From NCBI GenBank assembly GCA_028534125.1, contig CM052817.1:10852001-10916000 (forward strand): 64,000 nucleotides of DNA. Direction: 5' to 3'. Origin of the DNA: Lama glama (taxonomy: Eukaryota). Made by a program: the position numbers and the translations under genes. The notes under the pieces were generated by a model. That model saw only the letters and a program-made list of their open reading frames with translations. It was not told where the DNA came from and searched no databases. This document shows positions 49,246 through 62,364 of the stretch, piece after piece; within the stretch, counting starts at the first letter, position 1, and each line of letters opens with the position of its first letter.

Positions 49246-49441
49246 GGACCCTACAAAAGAGTCCTGTTCTGAGCCCTTCTCTTAGTCACTGAGAAACACT
49301 CTTCAGAGGAGAGTGTCACAAGACTGGCAGTCCACCTACTGAGATCCCATCCCATTCATTAAACAAATATGTGCGGAGCACCTACAGTATAGCAGGCCCT
49401 CGTCTTTGCCCTTAGTCTTTGCCCTTAAGATTTTCACCATC

Positions 49442-49822
49442 TGCATTAGCTTGCTAAGGCTGCTGTAACAAAATATCACAGACTTAGTGGCTTAAAGAAC
49501 AGAAATGTATTTTCTCACAGTTCTGGAGGCTAGAAGTCCAAGACCAAAGTGCCAGCATGGTTGGTGTCTGACGAGGCTTCTCTCCCTAGGTTGTAGACAA
49601 TCACATTCTCTCTGTGTCTTCACATGACCCTTCCTGAGTGTACATGCTCACCGTGCCTCTTCCTTTTCTTATAAGGACATCAGTCCTTTAGGGTTAGGGC
49701 CCACCCTTATGACCTCATTTAACCTTAATTACTTCCTTAAAATTCTCTCTCCAAATGCAGTCAGACTAGGGATTAGGCCTTCAACACATGAGTTTTGGGG
49801 AGGACACAATATTGTCCAGACA
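49442..49822 (-). mobile_element. MLT1A-like MaLR solo LTR with intact 5-bp TSD, inserted in an antisense L2 (~49350-50100)
   Basis: TG..CA termini flanked by ccatc (49437-49441 and 49823-49827); core ctcacagttctggaggctagaagtccaag..cttataaggaca..ggcccacccttatgacctcatttaaccttaattac. Confidence 0.92.
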
Positions 49823-50239
49823 CCATCAAAGTGATAAATGTGTGCAGAAAATTGCATATGGTGGAATAAATAAAAGACCTTCTGTATCTCTAGGAGGGGA
49901 GCTTATAATCTGTCCAGGTGGATCTTAAAAGAAGAGAGGGAGTTATTCAAGTGGATGAGATGAAGCAGGGAAAACCAGGCAGAGAGAACAGTCTTTTTAG
50001 AACAGGAACATGAAACAGGATGGTCTACAGGGCAGGGAGCTGAGATAGAGATATGGTTCGGGGTGTCATGGAAGTAGACTTGGGAGGCCCGCTGTGACCT
50101 CATGGGAACCCTCTTCTTCCTCTCACCTCCGTCATAGCCTTGTCTCCCATGCTACAGCCATCATACCCTCCCTCCTCACTCCAGTCAAAAGATTAAAGCC
50201 CTGGGTCTCAGTCCAGAAGTATTTAAAATACAGTACTAG

Positions 50240-50480
50240 CCCCTTATCTTGTGTATAGCACTTTATAGTTTACCTTTACCACGTCATTTGACCCTTTAAA
50301 CTGCCCGGTGGAGGAGAACAAATATAAATTATATCTGTGTATATGATGAAACCAAGATTCTAATTAATAATAAGGGCAATAGTAACTGACTTGCCCAAGG
50401 TCGGAGGGCTGTGTGAGGGTTAGTTTAGGGCTGGAATCCAGACTGTCTGCACGCCGACCTAGCTTCTCTCTTCCACATTA
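50240..50480 (-). mobile_element. MIR SINE
   Basis: gtatagcactttatagttta..gatgaaaccaaga..tgacttgcccaaggtc..ggctggaatccagactgtctg. Confidence 0.65.
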
Positions 50481-52497
50481 CCTGCATTTCTCTCTGCTGT
50501 TTGCCTCATGTGTCATATTTCTCCAGTAATGCATCTACATTTTGACAGAGCTTTCTGGAAATGATGTGTTAACCAATAGAAAAAAAACTCTCCAAATGGG
50601 AATGTCGGGCCTGGCAAGATGTTTTTTTGGCTAGGCAGGCCTGTCAAAGTCCATCGATTCACACATCTGCCTCACAAACAGCCAAGCCAGAGCAAAACCC
50701 ATGGGTATACTTTGCCGAAAGGAGCGAATTAAAGCACTTCCAAGTCAGGAAATGCCAAGCTAGGCTTTTCTGTGGTGTTAACTTACCGGCCCAAAGTAGA
50801 CCAAACAGTAATTTACCTACAGCCCGGCCTGTTACCCACAATCCTTCACTGGACCTTTGTCAGTGTTGCCAAGGCAACAACTCCCAGCACTTTGGTAATT
50901 TTTAGTTTCAATCACATATTGACTTGGCTGAAAGTCTGATGCAGCAAAACCTTAACTCCCTGAAATGCATGAGGAATAAGTTCTTTCAGTTTCCAACAAA
51001 TCTGACACTTGAGTCCTCTGAAAAATGTTGCCATTTTGGATGGGAATTTCTGTAAAATTCTTTTCTTGTGTCTGTGTTTTCCTCATGTAATCAGTGGAGC
51101 CTAATTTAATCGAAGCTTTTCTGGGTGACTCAGGTGCCAGAGTGGCCTTTCCAGAACACAAATCTGACTCCAAGATAAAATCTTAACTCTTCTGGTTTGG
51201 GAGTGTGTCTTCCCCGCTCCCTCTAATCTGCCTTTCCCATCTCGTTTTCTCTTTTCCTCCATACACTCTATATTCCAGGACCAGAGAAGTCATCGTTATT
51301 TTCAGAACATTCTTAGGACACACCCAGTCCTTTCTTACCACTGGGTATCTATACACAGGGTGGTCCTTCTGAGCCCTTCATCCTCTTCTCTGCTTAGGAA
51401 ATTCTTATTCAGCCTTGACTCTCAAGCGAGTCTACCACCTCCTACATGAATCCTACCCCCAGATCTCTCAAACCATCCTCCTGACCTTCATCCCAGAGGA
51501 CTTTGTACATACTCCTTTATTATAAGTATTTATGCGCCTGCCTCCCTCACTGCATCTTTGTGCTATAATGTCTAGTCAGCATAGCCTTGGTCTAATGTAG
51601 GTATTAAATGCATAGTTACCCTGATCACCAAATAAATAAGTACTAAACTCTTATCTATAAATACTATTTACATGGTGTTTACTGAATGCCATGTATTTCT
51701 CACTTAATTCTTAGAACAACCCCAGTAAGTTCAGAGCCTGAGAGCAAACTCAGCTCTGCTATCTCCAAAATCCAGGTATTTCCTTTATATTACATGGAAC
51801 GGCACATTCTGAGCAACTCAACATTCGCAACTAAGAGCAAATTGGTTGTTAATAAATTGGAGAGTGATCTGCGGCATGGATGCCGTGCTGCTGTTGGACA
51901 GCAAAGGGTCAGGGTGAGTTGGATGAGACCAGGTCCAAGGGTTTGGGAAGGTAGGAGTGTGTGAGCAGGAATCAGAGGTCAGAAAGGCAATGTGGCGGGT
52001 CGAAGGAGGGAGCTGCAGCTGGAAGAGGCAAACAAGTCTTTAAAATCTAGCATCTAGAGCAGGAATCCAGTATCAAATGTTTACAGGGCTAGGAAAGCAA
52101 CACAGGTGATTAAAGCAAAACTGATCACTTCCACCAAGAGGTCATTTTTTCATTTCTACTAATTCACTGGCCCTCTGGGTCTAACATTGATTTGACTACT
52201 TTTGATAGCAATCTATGTGCAAGAAGTATTTTATACCCACCTTACGTCCACTACAGGGAGAGCAATAACGTGTGCCTGATGACAAGTGGCAGCTAATACC
52301 AGACCCACGTGTGGAGATGATCAGAACTCAGGACCAGAGGAAGCGCTGGCAGGGTAGATTCCAGGAGGGAGGTGAAGCCCAGTATTTCCAAAGAATGTAA
52401 TTTTTAAGGGAACTGGAAAGTTATATTATTATGTAAATCATCTCATTTTGAAAAGTCAGAGCTTTACGCAAAATGTCCAAAGGATTCCGTGGGGCCC

Positions 52498-52680
52498 AGT
52501 TTAACCTCAGACTTGACTGACCTCAGCATCAACTGGAGAGCTTGTTAAAGCAGATTCTAAGGCTTCACACAGAGTTTCTGATTCAGTGGGTGTCGGAAGG
52601 ATCTAAGAATGTGCATTTTTCACAAGTTCCCAGGTGAACTGATGCTGCGCGCCCAGGGACCACGTTTAGGACAGCATTGG
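52498..52680. mobile_element. MER5A DNA transposon relic
   Basis: ggagagcttgttaaagcagatt..cagagtttctgattcagtgggtgt..agaatgtgcatttttcacaagttcccaggtga..gatgctgc..ccagggaccac. Confidence 0.85.
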
Positions 52681-53518
52681 GCTGGACACAAACAGTCCCA
52701 ACTCCAGCATCCAACAGCTTATTTGGCATGTCTGGTCTAGAGATTTAGAGGAGGGAACTGGGAGAAAGAGACAACCAAGCAAACCTGGTTCCAGGACAGA
52801 AGCCGTTGTCTTATACACCTTTCAGTGCTTCTCTTAGAGAAGGTGCTCCAAACTAAGACAGGGGTTATATATCAGACTTCCAGAAGAGCTCCTACACCGT
52901 GACCTGAGACTAGGAAGAATTCAAGAAGACAAGAGATGTGTGTAGAATGTACTGGAAATCAGAGAGCCACAAACAAATGGGATGGACGAGGAGAAAGCTA
53001 AGGAACTGACATAATTTGGCTCAGAGAAGTAAAGTCCAAGAGGTAACTCACTAACAGTTTTCCAGCAGAAGAGGGGAATTTGGAAGAAAATGATAAACAG
53101 CTGTTCTCCGTTTCCACTGAGCTGCACTTCCAGAACAGGATGGGCTCAAGTAGAGAAAGAACTCTGGTATCCGATGGCTGCAAAGGAGAAGCGTGGATTG
53201 CCATAGGGCCCTCCTGGATTCTTACCATTCAGATCTTCAAAATCAGATGAATGATTGACTCTTAGCACCAGTGTTGCTCAAAGTACAGGACTCAGGTCAC
53301 TGCTGGTGGAGATGTTTGGGTGCTGCAGAGACACAGAGTTAAGTGACTCTGGGTCACAAAAGGGAAGAGGTCTTCCCTTCTCAATTCCCTTTCATCACTT
53401 GATCTTGTCAGTGAGAAAGTCTCCCTGCAGCGCTGTCTTTCCCAACCTTCTAACACTTGTCAATATCCCTTTTAAAGAGAGATTAGGTTTCAGTGGCAAA
53501 GTGTTACACAGGCAACAG

Positions 53519-53989
53519 TGCAACCAAGCTGGACCCTGTGGCAGCTTCCCAAGACAGACCCTTCGCCCATATTCTCTGCTGAAGCTCCTCTCTGAAGCAC
53601 CCATAAAGCACTATCTCATGTATGTTTCTTGAGTTTTTCAGATGCTAAAAATCACCCCTAAAGGGAAGAAATTAACTACTTGATGATCTAAAGCTTGTGG
53701 CCCCCAGACCTTCTGGTGCCTAGAGGTTTATAGTGTTGACTGCCTGTTCCCTCAACATTAACCAGTCAGAGAATTTGCATGAACTGATCACGTACCCTGC
53801 GACCCACCTCTACCTAGACTTTAAATATGCTTCGCTAAAACCCTCCTGGGTTTTGCCATTTTCTTTGGCATGAGACACCGAGTCCCTCTTGTTCAGTCCT
53901 GCAGTAAACCTCTCTCTGCTCCAAACTCCGACATTTTGGTTTCTTTGGCCTCCCAATGCATCTGGCATACGAACTTGTATTCGGTAACT
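53519..53989 (+). mobile_element. ERV1-type solo LTR (MER41-like ungulate family)
   Basis: Begins tgcaaccaagctggaccctgtgg..acagaccc; TATA-like tttaaata at ~53820; agtaaa poly(A)-like signal at ~53903; ends ggcatacgaacttgtattcggtaac. ~470 bp. Confidence 0.7.
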
Positions 53990-56053
53990 ACCAAATGTGA
54001 GGGTTAATTGTCATTTTTTGTTTCGTGGTATTTTTTGTTTATTTCCTCTATGGCAAGTAATGCTAGCTTCCCTTTTAAGGTAGCAATAGAAAGTTTCCCT
54101 TTACATAATAACTTTAGGAAGGCAATGTCCATTAAATTATAGTGATCTATCAAGCCAAGGATCCTGATGGATGATGGCCAAAATTCTACAATTAGTACAT
54201 GGAAGGATGATTTGGAAATACTGATAAAATCTAAGCTTCTCCTTTATGAATGAGAAAACTGAAGCTCAGAAAGTTAAAGGGAATTCTCAGTTTCACTTAA
54301 AATTTAACAGTAGAGCTGGACTTAGAGATGGGCTTGGTCAGGATGGAGGAATGGGAGGTAAGGGATTGCATCACATGCGTCTAAAGCATCTTTTTGTCTA
54401 GAATAGTGCCTGGTCCACCCCAGCTTGTAGCATAGGTAGCCCTGGATAAAATAGGCTGTTTTCACCCCTGCACTCTGCCTGTCTCTCCCTACGACTCGAC
54501 AAATGAGAGCCTCTCTGTCCCATCTGTAAAGTGAGCATCTAATTCAGGATACTACCTGAGCACAAAATGAAGTACTACACCTGAGCACATCTCATTAAAC
54601 TCGAAAAAGTCTCAAATATAAAGAAGATAGAAACCCACATCCTACTGCTACTGCTCACAGTCCCCTAATATTAATAATTTAGTGACTGAAAAGCAATATC
54701 AATTTTCTCATTGAACTGTCCTATCTTAAATAAAAAGAAAATAATTAAACATAGCTTGCAAACATTTTATTTTATTTTTCCTGAATTGACCCTCATGTAA
54801 ACGATCATTCAGCAGTGGCCTAAATTATATATTTTTATAGAACTGTAGGCTTATTTCTTTCAAGCATATTAAAGCTTTCCTCATTGAAAGGCAAGAATTC
54901 TTCACAATTAGCACACCCAAACACCAGCTTTGGAGGAGACATCCTCTGATTACGCTGTTTGGAGGCAAATAGGTGTTTCTAAGGATTTAGAGTAGATTAT
55001 GTTCTTTAAGAGATGTTCAATCTCCTAGAAATTGGATCCAAACCACTTTATGATTATTAATCCCATCTTTCAGATATTACTAAAGGATGAACTTCAACCC
55101 AGTCTTTGTCTAAATAATAACAGATTCCTAATAAATATGATCAAATTAACACTTTTTTGCAATAAATATATTCAGTGAGATTCGGTCAATGTAAACGCAA
55201 TTTTAAAAAATGAGATTGTTAGCAAACCCTCAAGTTTGGTTCAATAAAGAACCAAAAAAAAAAAAATGCATTTGCAATCAGCCTGTCAGAGATATTACAG
55301 AAATGAGTGATTTCTAACCTCCGGTAACTCAAACCTGTAACATCCATCGTATTGCACAAATAGATCATTCAGAAAGGTAAAGGTTACTTCCAGAAATAAT
55401 AGTTGTATAAGGGTGTTCCATTCCCCAGTAAATTAAAGACGCAGCCTCACTCCTACTTGCCTTGCTGGAGGAACACTGGAGGAGCCTATTAATAGCATCG
55501 TTAGTTTCAAGGAGGCAGCTTACTTGGAATTTGGATCTTAACGTACAGAAATAGATACTCATCTACTCTCCCACCGATGCAACAATCTTAATGGAATAAT
55601 CTTTTCAAAATGAAAACTCTGCCCTAATGAAAGTCCCCTTTTTCCGCAGACGTAAGAAAGTGAGGCAACAAAGACAAGACTCTTCATTTACATGAATGAT
55701 CTCCCAGCCTTACCAGAAATGTGTATCTAAGCCTCACAATTACTTGCTGGAAAATTTAAACTACCTGCAGAATACATTTAACTGTAGATAATACAAACCA
55801 ATAGACATTTAAGATTTTTTCTTTCTGAGAATAAACTTATAAATATTTATTTGAAAAGATCAACAGGATAAGTTTTCTGCCATCTAAGTAAGTTTAATAC
55901 CCCCATGTAAAGTAGATGAGGTTAAAGAGAGTCAGTATCTTTAAACCTGTAATCTATTAGGATTGTTAGCTAAATTTTAGAATAGCAGACTTTGTTTTCA
56001 TGTCCCAGGACCCATTTTTATAGTAAATTCATCTGCCCTTGGGAACAGCATGA

Positions 56054-56080
56054 GTGTGTGTGTCTCTGTGTGTGTGTGTG
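56054..56080. repeat. Interrupted (TG)n microsatellite
   Basis: gtgtgtgtgtctctgtgtgtgtgtgtg. Confidence 0.85.
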
Positions 56081-56254
56081 TTGAAAGGGTGGCTCTCTTC
56101 AGGTAGCTGAAGGACATTTTAGGAAAGAAAGATGAGATTCATTCCTTGTGGAATAAATTTGCAATTTGAATCCTGCCCCCCAGAATGGTGTAATATGCAG
56201 CTTGTTCAGCTGAATGTCTAAGAAAGGGACAGGAATGCTTTAAGTCTTGATGCT

Positions 56255-56725
56255 TCAAAGATGGACATTGACCACCCCTCCCTGCCTCCATGCACCTTTG
56301 CAATGAGACTTTGTAGATTTTCCCACCAAGAGGAGGGGGGTCTATTTCCTGAATCTTTGAACCTGGGCTGACCACATGATTTGCTTTTCACCCGTAGACT
56401 GTCTCAGGGTGACATATGCCAGTCCCAAGTCTAAGCCTCAAAAGCCCCTATACACTTCTGCTCTTGACATGAGCAAGCTCAAACAGCCTGCTGGAGGATG
56501 AGGGACTACAGTCCAGACAGCCAAGTCATTCCAGCAGAGGCCATTCTAGACCAGCCGGACCTTGGCTCATCTTCCAGCTGGCCATGGTTACGTGAGTGAG
56601 CCCAGCCAAGATGAGCATGTCCTGGCCTGGTTCAGCAGAACCACCCACTGATTCATGAGCAATAGCTAATGTTGTCTTAAGCCAGTAAGATCTGAGGTGG
56701 TTGTTTATGCAGCAAAATCTGTTAC
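56255..56725 (+). mobile_element. MLT1 (F/G/H-like) MaLR LTR
   Basis: cctttgcaatgagacttt..cccaccaagagg..cttgaacctgggctgacc..gtgagtgagcccagccaaga..ttaagccagtaagatctgaggtggttgtttatgcagcaa. Confidence 0.8.
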
Positions 56726-57759
56726 TGCCATGATGAATTCTAAACTATGAAGAACATTGGTGTTTGAGTTTTACATCAGGCAGATGGACAGATTTGGGGG
56801 ACTAGAACTTCAGAAGTGACAGATGTATTTCTGAAAGGATACAGTGTAGCCTTGAGTAAATAGAGATGCTTCCTTTCAAAAGACCGTATGGCTTGTGCTG
56901 GTAGCTGGGCCAGGGAGCTACAGGAAAGAGACTTTACTCCAGTGTGGTCCAGAAGTACTAGCAGGACACAGAGGGTCCTGTGCTTATGGTACAGAAAGGA
57001 GACAAAACTGCAGAGAGTGGGTACAGACAGCAGGCTCTCCTTGCTTTGGAGTCACAGTTGGGTGGATATCCTCTGTAGGCTGTTCAGTCTCCCAACATTC
57101 TCAGGAGAGAAAGGTAATGAGGGTGCCCAATTCTCCAAGGGAGCCCATTGTTCTTGTCAATCAGATGGATGGGACTGAAGCATATATTAAAGCGATCTGG
57201 ATTAATAAAAATGCCCATATGCCAAATACTGTAGAGAAGTTCTTACCTGTTACACCAAAATAAAGGCTCCCTCTTTGTCCCATTTAATTAACACTGTTGG
57301 TCTTGACTCTATTTGGAGTGGCATTAATATAGTTACCCTGCCTTTCTTTTGCTAGCACTGGTCTGATATAAATTCATTAATCTTGTTCTTAAAAGCATGT
57401 AAATCAATGTGTATTTTAAAGTACATGATAACCAGGCACCACTGATAGAGATTTCCTTCATCCAGAGCAGGGCTGGCATGTCAGCACTAAATGTTCCACG
57501 GGATGCTAATGTACATTCAGGGCTGAGAACTGAGAACTGCTGATCAAGAACTCTCCCATAACCTTCCCAATGGGCACAATCTTTGGTGTAGATTTATTTC
57601 TCCTCTGCACCACTATGTCCCCCAGGTTTTGTTAAAAACTTCTGGAAGTTTACTTTTTTCAGATTTGCCCTTTTTCATTTTTGTTTTTTACACTATACTT
57701 CTTATGTTCTGGGAATTCTTTCCATTTAATTTCAGTCTCATTAATAACAATGATTTAAG

Positions 57760-58345
57760 CATCATTATGAGCTCAGCTGGTTCCTGTGCTCATCAGCACA
57801 TCTTGTACTTGACCTCCCTTCTAGGGGGTTTACATGCCAATCGAGAAGCTTTCAGACACAAGACACAGACCACCCCCTACCTCCCCACCCCAACAGTGGT
57901 TTGCAGAATGGGGGCATTTTGTATCTCCTAACAAGAAGCCTGGACATAGGCCCTTCCAGGGTTGGTTAATTTAGCAGCTCCACCATGTTATCAAGGTGCC
58001 AGATGTCCTCCATCATTCTGCTCTGCCAAGCTCAGCAGATCCTTTATGGTTTTAAAACAGTGATAGCGTTTCCTAGCGTTCCTTTCAGAGAAACAGCATC
58101 TGGGAGGGAAAAGACATTTCCTCCCATAGGGCTTAAGGAAAACCTTTTCCAGAAGCACCCTAGTATGATTCCTCTCTCTCATCACTGGCAAGGAGAATGA
58201 GACCATTCTGGTTGGCTTAACCTAACCATGATCCAACCCTTGTGGCTGGAGAGGGACTCACCTCCTCTGTACGTATGCCTCTCTGGTACCCAGATAAAAG
58301 TCTGAATTCTGTTAGCAAGACAGAGTAGGGAAATGGCTGTTAACT
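57760..58345 (-). mobile_element. MLT1 (K/L-like) MaLR LTR fragments
   Basis: ttccagggttggttaatttagcagctc..ctttccagaagcaccc..gcaaggagaatgagacca..ttggcttaacctaa..ttctgttagcaag. Confidence 0.55.
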
Positions 58346-58569
58346 TAATGGTGTTTGCCATAATTTAATTTTTTTCATTTATTGTGTTGTATTTCATCAA
58401 AAAAAAAAAGACGCCCAGATGATAAACTTACTAGGATTTTTTATTTTAGAAAATATCTTTATCCTCAAAGTTGAATCTTTGGATAGATATGTCATTCTAA
58501 GTTATAAATAGTTTCTCACAATATTTTTAAATCATTGATCTAATCTAGCTAGCATCTTTAAAATGAGAG

Positions 58570-59930
58570 GTGTACCTGAAAACAAAAGTATATATGGAAT
58601 AAAAACATCACAGGAAATGTAATAGATAAATGACTGAGTGCAGAAGAAAGTTGCAAATATCAGAGACGAGAGAGAAGAGAGCTTCTAAAAACAGAGGGGA
58701 ACATAACAGTGCATATTGTAGTATCTCAGTATCATTTCCCACTAATAGGAACCACAGAGGCCCGGAGAAGTAGCTCACTCCTGGTCTGGGACAGAAATGT
58801 GCAGGATAAGCCTGAAACATTTTGTCAAATGAGAAAGCAAATAGGACATTAAAGACTGCTAAGGTCATATTGAAAGGACTTGAAGAGGTTCTTACTGGCC
58901 ATATATGGAATAATTTGAACATGATCAAGACTGCTAAATGCAATGGATTGAAACACATCAATATGTTAAAGTCTACCAATTCACAATGATGCTTAAAAAT
59001 AAACAAAAATAAATTAACAAAAATACTTTGGTTAATCATTAGAAGTAGCTAGGGCACAGGTCATCTACTCTAAAAGTTAATAGTTAAAAAGAAAAAGCAT
59101 TTATTTTGTCTTTTTTAGTACAAACTACACCTCAGGGTGACCCAAGGGTTGATGAGAGGAAGCTTCTATTTATAGAAATATTTCAGATAGTAAAGAAAGA
59201 ATAACTGAGTTGGAGCATCACCGTTTTACAACCCTAAGGAAGTCATGATCTTGACATTGACCATCAACAGCTGACTCACATCACAAAATGAGAACCAGAT
59301 ATTCGCATCTCTTGGTAAAAAGACACAATGCCATCTGTGAAGTATTCCTGCCAAAAATTTGTACCTGAATTTGATCAAGCTTCTAAAAAAATCAAACTGC
59401 CAATTTATAGGAAACACAGGGAACAAGGTAAATGATATCACAGGACTATAATCAGCAAAACACTTGCAGTGGGAAGCTGCACAGAACAAACAACCTAGTT
59501 TTTTTAACAAATAAATTGCAATGAATAAAAGAAGGGGTAGATTAAGACTGAGAAGATATCAAGCAAATTGCAAAATATAGACTATTTGATTCTCAAACAA
59601 ATGAACTATAAAATACATTATGAGACAACAAGGGAAATTTGAACAATGATTGAATATTTAATGATATTAAGAAATTGTTTGTTTCTAAAGGTAGGAATGT
59701 TTCTTTTTAAATGCATCCTTATCTTTTCAAGATGTATAATGAAATACTTACAAATGAGATGATACGATGCCTGAGATTTGTTTCAGAATAAGCTGGTGAG
59801 AAGAAAGAGAGGAAGAGTTAGATGAAGCAAGGTTGGCCATGATCATTTAAACTGGATGATGGGTGTTTGACAATTAGTAATACTCTTCTGTCAACTTTTA
59901 TACATGCCTGAAGTCCCCCATAAAGAGTTT
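58570..59930 (+). mobile_element. L1MC-like 3'UTR region
   Basis: ctcactcctggtctgggacagaaa..gcaatggattgaaacacatcaa..gaagtattcctgccaaaaa..atgatacgatgcctgagatttgtttca..gatgaagcaaggttggccatga. Confidence 0.75.
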
Positions 59931-59996
59931 GTAGTTTGTTTTTTTTCTTAATAACAAGTCTAACTCCCATTGAATTCTAATTTCTTAGCAAGCAAC

Positions 59997-60449
59997 TGTG
60001 ATGATTGATTGTATGTGTCAACTTGCTGGCCTAGGGTGTCCAGGTATTTGGTCAAACATTATTCTACATGCTTATGTGAAGGTACTTTTTAGATGACATT
60101 ATCATTTAAATCAAACTTTGAGTAAAGCAGATTGCCCTCCCTGAGGTGGATGGACTTCATCCGGTCAGCTCAGGGCTTGAATAGAACAAAGACTGACTTC
60201 CCTCAAACAAGAAGGAATTCTATTAGCAGACGGCCTCTGAACTGAAACTGCAACTCATCCCTGGGTTTCCATCCTGCCAGCCTGCCCCGAAGATCTGGTG
60301 CCTGCCAACCCTTCACATCAGTCAAGCAGCCAAGCAATTGATACTTTAAACAAACAAACAAAGGAATGAACGAATGAATGAACCAACAAAGAAACAAACA
60401 CAAACACATCCTGTCGGTTCTATGGCTCTGGATAATCCTGATTAATACA
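59997..60449 (+). mobile_element. MLT2B ERVL solo LTR
   Basis: TG..CA termini; tgtgatgattgattgtatgtgtcaactt..tttggtcaaacattattct..gagtaaagcagattgccctcc..ctctggataatcctgattaataca. Confidence 0.9.
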
Positions 60450-60859
60450 ACAATCTTTTTTTTTTTTTTTTCTGGAAGCTAATAACTCCTTTTCTTCCTT
60501 CTTGGCACTTCAATTTCACCATGGTTAGTTTATGGCCAGTGACATTCTCAAAGGAGGACCTTTCTTTCAAAACTGGATGTCTCCAGCCCAGGGATGTCTT
60601 CCTCTGTGACTGCCTTGCTCTGCCTCCCCTCCCCTCCTGTTGAATCACTCTTGGCTGGGCTGACTCTGTTCTCTTGTTCTTAACTTCAATCTTAAATTTT
60701 TTTACATCACTGTCTTCCTCCATTCATTCTGGAAGAATTCTTTCACTCAGTCTTTTATGGTCTTCAGCCATGTATGTGATCATTTTATCACTAGGCGTAT
60801 CCATGGAATTTTTGTTTCAGCAATCCTATCTTGAAATTCTATGAACTATTTCAAATTCA

Positions 60860-61040
60860 TTCTCTGCCACATACAGGGGTTGTAACCCTGTGACCCTGGA
60901 CAAGTTATTTAACCTCTCTGTGCCTTAGTTTTCTTTTCTGTAAAATCGAGCTTGTAATTGTACCTAGTCCAAAGGATTTGGGGAGGATTAAATAAGACAA
61001 GGGAAAGACTTAAATTGAAATGCTCAATAATTATTGGCTT
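60860..61040 (+). mobile_element. MIR SINE
   Basis: ctgtgaccctggacaagttatttaacctctctgtgccttagttttcttttctgtaaaat..gaggattaaataaga. Confidence 0.8.
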
Positions 61041-61454
61041 TCAGAGGATCTTCTTTTTATTTTTCACATGTGAAATGATCTCAAATCTCTTTGAAAATAT
61101 TAATTGGAATTTTCAAAATTTTATGTTTTATCATTCATTAACTATTTTCTTGGAATTTTCTATTTTTTCAGATTGATTTGCTATTTTATGTTATTTAATT
61201 TCTTCAGATGGTTGGTGATTCTTGATTTCCTGTTTATACTTAGAAAGAAGATCTAAAACACTTTATGACTACATTGGTATAAAATGAATGTAATCCAGAC
61301 TTGTTTATACTTATTTTTTAAGTTCTAATTTTAAAAGAAATTAGAACATTTTATTGGCATTCTAGAAATATCATGGGCCCTAATCGCTATGCCAGTTGTG
61401 CCTAGTGGAGGAGTTGGGCCCAGGTCGTAGGAAAAAAATTATTCTCAGCACATT

Positions 61455-62260
61455 TCTATTCTAATTACATCAGGGTCCAAGAATATACTACGCATGATTC
61501 AAATTCTTTTAACACTTATGATCAATCTTGAGGAATATTTTATGTGCAATTGGAAAGAAGCATGTATACTGCTATTGTTGGGTGAAGAGTTTTATCAATG
61601 TCAATTAGATCCAATTGGTCGATGATGGTGTTCAGTTCTATATACATGAAATTTTTTCTCTCTATGTATTCTATCAACTCCAGAGAGAGGAGTTTTTAAG
61701 TCTCCAACTGTAGTTATAGAAGTGTCTATTTCTCCTTTCAGTTTTGATGGTTGTTGCTTTGCATATTGTGAAATTCTAACTTTGATGTCTATGTATTTGG
61801 GATTGCTATGTCTTCTTGGCAAATTGACACTTCTGTTATTATGTAATATTCTTCTTTATCCCTAATGATTTTCTTTGCTTTGAAGTCTTTGTCTGATATA
61901 AATGTAGTCACACCAGCTTTGGGGGTTTTTTAGTGTTGGCATGATATATATTTCTCTATCTTTGTACTCTTAACATACCTATATCATGATATTTAAAGTG
62001 AGTTTCTTGTAGACGCCATATAGTTAAACATTGCTTTTGAATCTATTCTAACAATCTTTGTCTTTTAGGTTGTATGTTTAGACCATTTACAATTAATACA
62101 AGTATTTATGTATTTGGATTTAATATTTCCATTTTATTGTTTGTTTCCTTTCTTTTTCTTTTTCTGTATTTTCCACTTCCTGCTCTTTTTTATGTTATAT
62201 GAACATTTTTTAGTATTCTATTTTAATTTATACATTGTGTTTTCAGATATCTCTTTGATA
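61455..62260 (-). mobile_element. Old L1M ORF2 endonuclease-region fragment
   Basis: Minus-strand remnant peptide YAKQQPSKLKGEIDTSITTVGDLKTPLSGVDR aligns with L1 EN YIKQLLTEIKGDIDGNTIIVGDFNTALTSLDR seen in the 44.8-45.4 kb copy. Confidence 0.85.
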
Positions 62261-62364
62261 TGATATAGTCTCTAAACCATTTCCAGGATCTACCAGACCT
62301 TCATACACAGATACATAAATCTATCATGCTTAGGGAGTGTTAGAGCATTTGAGGGTAAGGGTTA

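Noticed and set aside
49402..49427. Direct repeat gtctttgccctta x2
   Set aside because: Simple 13-bp slippage duplication inside an L2 relic; no spacers, so not CRISPR-like.
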